From an uncultured Gemmatimonadales bacterium (lineage in GTDB: Bacteria; Gemmatimonadota; Gemmatimonadetes; Longimicrobiales; Gaopeijiaceae): a stretch of 64,000 nucleotides of DNA. The notes below the pieces were generated by a model. It did not search any database, was not told where the DNA came from, and saw only the letters and a list, made by a program, of their open reading frames with translations. This document shows, piece after piece, positions 58,606 through 64,000 of the stretch (within the stretch, counting starts at the first letter, position 1; every line of letters begins with the position of its first letter). Location of the stretch: positions 2,272,001 to 2,336,000 of the forward strand of contig CAWELD010000003.1 of the NCBI GenBank assembly GCA_963809895.1, in the 5' to 3' direction. The position numbers and the translations under genes were made by a program.

Positions 58606-59835
58606 ATGACGAACGGCAAGCGGTGGAGCTGCCTGGCACTGACCTCCTTCTTCCTGGTGGCGTGCGGCGAAGGAGGCACGGGCTGGGCCGGCACCATGAC
58701 GGATTCGGCGGGCGTCACCCTCGTCGCCAATCCCCCCGAGGGCCTGTGGGCGCCGGGCGAGGAGTGGACCGTCACCGAGGAGTACCGCGTGGGGGGCATG
58801 GACGCCCCTACCGAGAGCCAGTTCGGCCAGGTGACCGGAATCGACGTGGACCAGCAGGGCGACGTCTACGTGCTCGACGCCCAGGCCAGCGAGGTGAAGG
58901 TGTTCGACCCCGACGGCGGCCTCCTGCGCACCATGGGCCGGCAGGGCAGCGGCCCCGGGGAGATGGCGCGGCAGGTGGTCGGGCTGTTCGTCACGGGTAA
59001 CGAGATCCGGGTGCCCGACATCCTCAACTCGCGTGTCGCCCGCTTCACGCTGGACGGCGAGCCACTGGCACCGACGCCGCTGGACATCGCCAAGGGGGTC
59101 CCGATCCGTTGGGACGAGCTGCAGGGAGGCCGTATCGTGGCCCAGTTCCGCTCCATCTCGGGACTCACCACCGACGAGGCGCCTACCGGTGATCCCATCG
59201 TTTCCGTGGGCGAGGACACCCCCGACACCCTCGCCGTGCTGCCTCCCGGCGAGAGCGTACGCCTCTCTCAGGGCGGCGCGCAGTTCCGCTTCTTCGAGTC
59301 GGAGCCGGTATGGGACGCCGGGGACGACGGCATGCTGATCACCGCCCGGAACTCCGCCTATCGCATCGAGGTCCGCGACGCCTCGGGCACCCTGGTGCGG
59401 ATCATCGAGAAGGCCCACGAGCCCAAGCCCGTGACCGACGGGGACAAGCAGCGTATGCTGGACGCCATCCGCAAGGCCATGGCGGATCAGGGCCTGCCCG
59501 CGGCCGCCGTGCAGCAGGTGCTCCAGGGCGCCGAGTTCGCCGACCAGTATCCCGCCATGGCCCAGATCGTGGTGGGCCCGGAGAGCACGATATGGGTGGA
59601 GCGGCTGCACACCGCCCAGGAGCTCGCCGACGCCGGCAACTTCGACCTCCAGGACATCGGATCCCGGGAGTGGGAGGTCTTCGACGCCGAGGGCCGCTAC
59701 CTGGGCGTGGTGACGCTTCCGCCGAAGTTCATGCCCCTGCGGGTGGACGGGGACGCGTTCTGGGGCATCCAGCGCGACGAGCTCGACGTGCAGTCCGTGG
59801 TGCGGTACCGGATCGTGCAGCCCGACGCCGGGTGA
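58606..59835 (+). CDS. 6-bladed/NHL-like beta-propeller lipoprotein
   Basis: Lipobox LVAC; VYVLDAQ..VKVFDPDG..GRQGSGPGE and WEVFDAEGRYLG. Confidence 0.85.
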   Translation: MTNGKRWSCLALTSFFLVACGEGGTGWAGTMTDSAGVTLVANPPEGLWAPGEEWTVTEEYRVGGMDAPTESQFGQVTGIDVDQQGDVYVLDAQASEVKVFDPDGGLLRTMGRQGSGPGEMARQVVGLFVTGNEIRVPDILNSRVARFTLDGEPLAPTPLDIAKGVPIRWDELQGGRIVAQFRSISGLTTDEAPTGDPIVSVGEDTPDTLAVLPPGESVRLSQGGAQFRFFESEPVWDAGDDGMLITARNSAYRIEVRDASGTLVRIIEKAHEPKPVTDGDKQRMLDAIRKAMADQGLPAAAVQQVLQGAEFADQYPAMAQIVVGPESTIWVERLHTAQELADAGNFDLQDIGSREWEVFDAEGRYLGVVTLPPKFMPLRVDGDAFWGIQRDELDVQSVVRYRIVQPDAG

Positions 59836-59854
59836 CATCCGAAGCCGACTGAAA

Positions 59855-59903
59855 CACGAACGTCCCCCATCTCGTCCAGAGACGGGTGGGGGATGTTTTC
59901 GTG
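59855..59903 (+). terminator. Intrinsic terminator
   Basis: CGTCCCCCATC..GTC/GAC..GGTGGGGGATG stem followed by TTTTCG. Confidence 0.6.
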
Positions 59904-59960
59904 GCCATTTGTTCTGTTTTGTAGAAGATTTACCATCGAGATCACGTCGAGGAGTGCACG

Positions 59961-60290
59961 ATGGCGAAGGGTGACTACCTGGGAGAGTTCGAGCAGGTCG
60001 TCCTGCTGGCGGTGGCCCGTCTCGAGGAGGGCTACGGCGTGACGATCCGGCAGGAGATCGAGGCACGCACCGGGCGCGAGGCGACCGTCGGTGCGGTCTA
60101 CGCCACCCTGGACCGCCTCGAGGACAAGGGCCTGCTGCGCTCCTGGGAGGGCGAGCCCACGGGCCGACGAGGCGGGCGCGCGCGGCGTCACTTCGAGCTC
60201 ACCGCGCCGGGCCGTGAAGCGCTCACCCAGTCTCGCGAGATGATCGAGGCACTGTGGGACGGCGTCGACCTGAGGCCAGGCGAAGCATGA
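59961..60290 (+). CDS. PadR-family transcriptional regulator
   Basis: LGEFEQVVLLAV, YGVTI, GAVYATLDRLEDKG and RRHFELTAPG. Confidence 0.92.
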   Translation: MAKGDYLGEFEQVVLLAVARLEEGYGVTIRQEIEARTGREATVGAVYATLDRLEDKGLLRSWEGEPTGRRGGRARRHFELTAPGREALTQSREMIEALWDGVDLRPGEA

Positions 60291-62953
60291 GCCGCCGCAC
60301 CCCAGGGATCCCGGCGCTCGCACGCTGGATCGTCGCCCGCACCGCCCCGCGACACCGGCGTGAGTCCATGCTCGGCGACCTGGAGGAAGAGTTCACCCAA
60401 CGGGCCGAGCGCGCCGGCACGGCATCCGCCCGGCGCTGGTACTGGCGCCAGGCCCTCGGCTCGGTGAAGCCCAATCTGACCAGGCGGACCACGAGCGCCG
60501 CCCACATATGGGGAGGAGATGGCATGGACGGGTTCCTGAAGGACGTACGTTACGCGCTTCGGGCCGTGGTGCGCCGACCGCTGTTCGCCGCAGTCGTGGC
60601 CCTCACGCTGGCGCTGGGCATCGGAGCGAACACGGTGATCTTCTCGGCGGTCAACGGGATGATCCTGCATCCGTTCCCCTTCCCCGAGCCCGACCGCATC
60701 GTCGGCGTCGGCACCGCCTACCCGCACAACGGACAGGAGTTGAGCTTCTTCGAGAACGCCTCTCCCGCCGAGTGGGAGGACGTGCGCGATCAGGCCGGGA
60801 CCCTCGAAGACGTCATCGCCTTCGATCTCGGTAACCGCCAGATCATGGGTGACGGACCGCCCCAGAACGTGTTCTCGGCGTTCTGGTGGGGCGACGCCCT
60901 GCGCACGCTGCGGATGAGCGCCTTCCTGGGCCGTGGCTTCACCGACGAGGAGATCCGCACCGGCGCCAGGTCGGCGGTGCTGAGCCACCGCATCTGGCGG
61001 GAGCGCTTCGGCGGCGACAGCACGCTCGTCGGCTCTACACTCAGCGTGAACGGAGAGCCCCACACGGTGGTCGGCATCGCGCCCCCGGGCGTCCTCTTCT
61101 ACGGCGCCGACCTGTGGACCATCATGTCGGTGCCCCCGTCCGAGTATCCGAGGGGTCGGCGACAATTCGAGATCCTGGGCCGCATTCGCGAGGGCGCCAC
61201 CCTCGCCGGGGTCAATGCCGAGCTCCAGGGGATCGCCTCCCAGGTGGAGGGTGCCTGGGTGGCCGACAATCCGGAGTACCGGGACTGGCGCCTGGAAGCC
61301 CGCACCTGGACCGACATCAACGTGGCCACGATGAAGCCCGCGGGACTGATCCTCATGGGGGCCGTGGGATTCCTCCTCCTCCTGGTGTGCACCAATGTCG
61401 CCAACATGCTCCTGGCCCGGGCTCAGACCCGGCGCCGGGAGATGGCCGTGCGCACGGCGTTGGGCGCGGGCCGCACCCGCATCCTGCGCCAGCTCCTCAC
61501 GGAGAGCGTCCTGCTCTCCCTGGGCGGGGGAATCCTTGGGCTCGGGCTCGCGGTGGCCGGTACCCGCGGCCTCCAGGCCTTCATCGGTGGCCTCGGGCTG
61601 CCGGTGCCGGGCGACATCCGGATCGACCGCACGGTCCTGGCCTTCACCGCTTTGGTGAGCGTGGCGGCCGGAGTCCTCTTCGGCCTGGCTCCGGCGATCC
61701 AGTCGCTGCGTGGTCGCGCCGGCACCACGCTTCGCGCCGAGGGCGGCGGCGCCACCGGCTCCCGCTCCCGGCAGGCGCTACAACGCGTCTTCGTGGCCGT
61801 GGAAGTGGCGCTGGCCCTGGTGCTCCTGGCCGGCGGCGGACTGCTGGTCAACACCCTGCTCCGTCTCAACCGCGTGGATCCGGGCTTCGACGCCGACCAC
61901 GTGCTGACCATGCGTCTGACGGTGCCCCCCCAGAAGTACTCACCCGAGGAGATCCAGGCGTTCTTCCAGGACCTGAGCCAGCGGGTCGAGGGACTCCCCG
62001 GCGTGCGGGCCGCCGCGGCAGGACTCCAGTATCCCGGCGTGGCCTTCTCGCGCCGGAACTTCAGCGTGGAGGGCGCTCCGCCCCGCCCCGACGGCAGCTC
62101 ACCGCGAGCGCTGGCGACCATCGTGACCCACGGCTACTTCGATGCACTCGGGATTCCCGTCGTGCGGGGCCGTGGCTTCAACGCCGGCGACGGTCCCGGC
62201 GGCCTGCCGGTGGCCGTGGTGAACGAGAGCGCCGCCCGCTTGCTCTTTCCGGGCCGGGATCCCCTGGGCCAGCGGCTCAGGCTCGGCGAAGCCGATGCCC
62301 AGGGCCCCTGGTTCGAGGTGGTGGGCGTGGCCGCGGACGTGCGCAACCGGGGTCTGGACCAACCCCCCGAGCCGGAGGTGTACGCGGCGCAGGAGCAGAT
62401 CGGCCAGGGGACCAACCAGCTCTTCCTTCTGGTGCGGACGACGCAGGACCCGCGGGCTCTGCTCCCGGCCGTGCGTCGGACCGTTCAGGAGCTGGACGCC
62501 GACCAGCCCATCTACGCCATCGCCACGGCCCGCGAGCGCTTTGCCGCCTCCAACGCGTCTCGACGGGCCACCGCCGCCTTCCTCGCCATCTTCGCAGCCA
62601 TCGCCCTGGTGCTGGCGGCGGTGGGCATCTACGCGGTGGTGAGCTACGCGGTCTCCGAACGGACCCGGGAGATCGGCCTGCGTATGGCGCTGGGAGCCGA
62701 GTCCGGAAGGGTGCGACGTCTGGTCGTGGGCCAGGCGCTTCTTCCGGTGGCCGCCGGCACGGTAGCCGGCCTGGCCTTGGCGGCCCTGGCAGGTCGCGGC
62801 ATGAGCCAGATCCTCTTCCAGGTGTCGGGCAGCGATCCCACGACGCTGGGGGCGGTAACCACGATTCTGCTGGCGGTGGCCTTCGCCGCGAGCTGGATTC
62901 CGGCCCGGCGTGCGAGCCGCATGGACCCGGTGCGGGCGCTGACCAGCGACTGA
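60287..62953 (+). CDS. Duplicated MacB/FtsX-type ABC permease (ADOP-like)
   Basis: LGDLEEEF prefix, TLALGIGANT, two FtsX units (RRREMAVRTALGA, RTREIGLRMALGA), PARRASRMDP; ATGA coupling to PadR. Confidence 0.9.
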   Translation: MSRRTPGIPALARWIVARTAPRHRRESMLGDLEEEFTQRAERAGTASARRWYWRQALGSVKPNLTRRTTSAAHIWGGDGMDGFLKDVRYALRAVVRRPLFAAVVALTLALGIGANTVIFSAVNGMILHPFPFPEPDRIVGVGTAYPHNGQELSFFENASPAEWEDVRDQAGTLEDVIAFDLGNRQIMGDGPPQNVFSAFWWGDALRTLRMSAFLGRGFTDEEIRTGARSAVLSHRIWRERFGGDSTLVGSTLSVNGEPHTVVGIAPPGVLFYGADLWTIMSVPPSEYPRGRRQFEILGRIREGATLAGVNAELQGIASQVEGAWVADNPEYRDWRLEARTWTDINVATMKPAGLILMGAVGFLLLLVCTNVANMLLARAQTRRREMAVRTALGAGRTRILRQLLTESVLLSLGGGILGLGLAVAGTRGLQAFIGGLGLPVPGDIRIDRTVLAFTALVSVAAGVLFGLAPAIQSLRGRAGTTLRAEGGGATGSRSRQALQRVFVAVEVALALVLLAGGGLLVNTLLRLNRVDPGFDADHVLTMRLTVPPQKYSPEEIQAFFQDLSQRVEGLPGVRAAAAGLQYPGVAFSRRNFSVEGAPPRPDGSSPRALATIVTHGYFDALGIPVVRGRGFNAGDGPGGLPVAVVNESAARLLFPGRDPLGQRLRLGEADAQGPWFEVVGVAADVRNRGLDQPPEPEVYAAQEQIGQGTNQLFLLVRTTQDPRALLPAVRRTVQELDADQPIYAIATARERFAASNASRRATAAFLAIFAAIALVLAAVGIYAVVSYAVSERTREIGLRMALGAESGRVRRLVVGQALLPVAAGTVAGLALAALAGRGMSQILFQVSGSDPTTLGAVTTILLAVAFAASWIPARRASRMDPVRALTSD

Positions 62954-62983
62954 GGAACGCCGGCTGGAGCGGGGGTACAGGGA

Positions 62984-63013
62984 CGGGCCGGCGCCGGATG
63001 CGGCGCCGGCCCG
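62984..63013. terminator. Perfect 13-bp hairpin after the permease
   Basis: CGGGCCGGCGCCG-GATG-CGGCGCCGGCCCG; no U tract. Confidence 0.4.
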
Positions 63014-63052
63014 CGCTCGTCTCCGCTGGTCCATGAACGCAGGGAGGATCCC

Positions 63053-64000
63053 GTGCCGTTCCGCACCGTCGACCCCACCGACGGGTCCACGCTCGACTCC
63101 TTCGACAGCCTCTCACCGGCCGGGGCCTCGGCCATCGTGGGAGCCACCCACGACGCGGCGCTGGCCTGGCGCGAGGTGCCCTTTGGGGACCGCGCCGAGA
63201 GCATGCGCGCGGCGGCAGACATCCTGCGCCAGCGGGCGCCGGAATGGGGTCGCCTGATGGCGCGCGAAATGGGGAAGCCTCTGGCCCAGGGCGTGGGCGA
63301 GGCCGAGAAATGCGCCTGGGTGTGCGACTACTACGCCGAGCACGCCGAGGACTTCCTCCAGCCGGTCGCCGCGGACACCGACGCCAGCACCAGCTACTGG
63401 AGCTACGAGCCCCTGGGCGTGATCCTGGCGATCATGCCCTGGAACTTCCCTTTCTGGCAGGTCTTCCGCTTCGCCGCCCCCAACCTCATGGCCGGCAACG
63501 CGGGACTGCTGAAGCACGCCCCCAACGTGCCGGGATGCGCGCTGGCCATCGAGGACGTCTTCCGAGAGGCGGGTTTTCCGGAGAACGTCTTCCGGAACCT
63601 CTTCCTGGAGACCGACGACGTGCCGGGCGTCATCGACGACCCCCGGGTGAGGGCCGTCACCCTCACGGGCAGCGTCCGCGCGGGACGGGCCGTGGCCGCT
63701 CGCGCGGGCTGCGCCCTCAAGAAGACGGTGCTGGAGCTCGGTGGCAGTGATCCGTACGTCGTGCTCGCCGACGCCGATGTCGAGGCCGCGGCCCGGACCT
63801 GCGTGGCGTCCAGACTGATCAACTCGGGCCAGAGCTGTATCGCCGCGAAGCGCTTCATCGCGGTGCGGGAGGTCTACGACGCCTTCACCGAGGCGGTGGT
63901 GGCCCGCATGCGAGAGGCGGTGGTGGGCCCGCCTCTGGACGAGGAGACGACGGTGGGCCCCATGGCCCGCACGGACCTGCGCGACCAGCTGCACGCCCAG
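63053..64000 (+). CDS. NAD(P)-dependent succinate-semialdehyde dehydrogenase family ALDH, partial (not in ORF track)
   Basis: GGAGG RBS and GTG; manual translation gives EMGKP, IMPWNFPFWQ, LTGS, LELGGSDP and NSGQSCIAAKR. Confidence 0.92.
   Translation, partial: MPFRTVDPTDGSTLDSFDSLSPAGASAIVGATHDAALAWREVPFGDRAESMRAAADILRQRAPEWGRLMAREMGKPLAQGVGEAEKCAWVCDYYAEHAEDFLQPVAADTDASTSYWSYEPLGVILAIMPWNFPFWQVFRFAAPNLMAGNAGLLKHAPNVPGCALAIEDVFREAGFPENVFRNLFLETDDVPGVIDDPRVRAVTLTGSVRAGRAVAARAGCALKKTVLELGGSDPYVVLADADVEAAARTCVASRLINSGQSCIAAKRFIAVREVYDAFTEAVVARMREAVVGPPLDEETTVGPMARTDLRDQLHAQ

Noticed and set aside
63113..63994. 293-aa minus-strand ORF
   Set aside because: Antisense shadow of the plus-strand aldehyde dehydrogenase that runs off the window end.
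1..64000. CRISPR arrays, transposases/integrases, prophage, tRNA/rRNA
   Set aside because: No spaced repeats, recombinase motifs, phage genes or cloverleaf/rRNA sequence recognised by eye; repeats in the BNR protein are coding Asp-boxes.

Overview
High-GC bacterial chromosomal window with no phage, IS element, CRISPR array, rRNA or tRNA detected. The gene repertoire (TonB receptor with carboxypeptidase-regulatory N-terminus, VPS10/BNR protein, PadR plus duplicated ABC permease, 6-bladed propeller lipoprotein) suggests Gemmatimonadota, but that is inference. It holds about 60 CDS: a PhoBR-like pair downstream of a TonB receptor and lipoprotein (both split by one extra base), a long minus-strand run with a pterin cluster (PTPS-II, folE, SDR, PTPS-I/III) and a TPR/macro/transglutaminase/ABC block, a metal-uptake operon, nfo, fumC, serpin, trxB plus FNR, mlaEFD, rho, M1 peptidase, a hybrid kinase, a DAK2-DegV fusion and a partial semialdehyde dehydrogenase. 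The best candidate for an undescribed system is at 29.8-33.6 kb. A 111-aa leader ORF has an N-terminal hydrophobic segment, a His/Cys cluster and a C-terminal RAPP ribosome-arrest motif. Its RAPP codons can base-pair with the Shine-Dalgarno of the downstream outer-membrane protein/ZnuA/ZnuB operon, suggesting a metal-sensing ribosome-stalling attenuator. A probable 6S RNA with its own promoter and terminator lies divergently next to it. Also found: 11-bp-periodic GTYAC boxes (putative Pho boxes) at two promoters and a 49-aa membrane protein missing from the ORF track.
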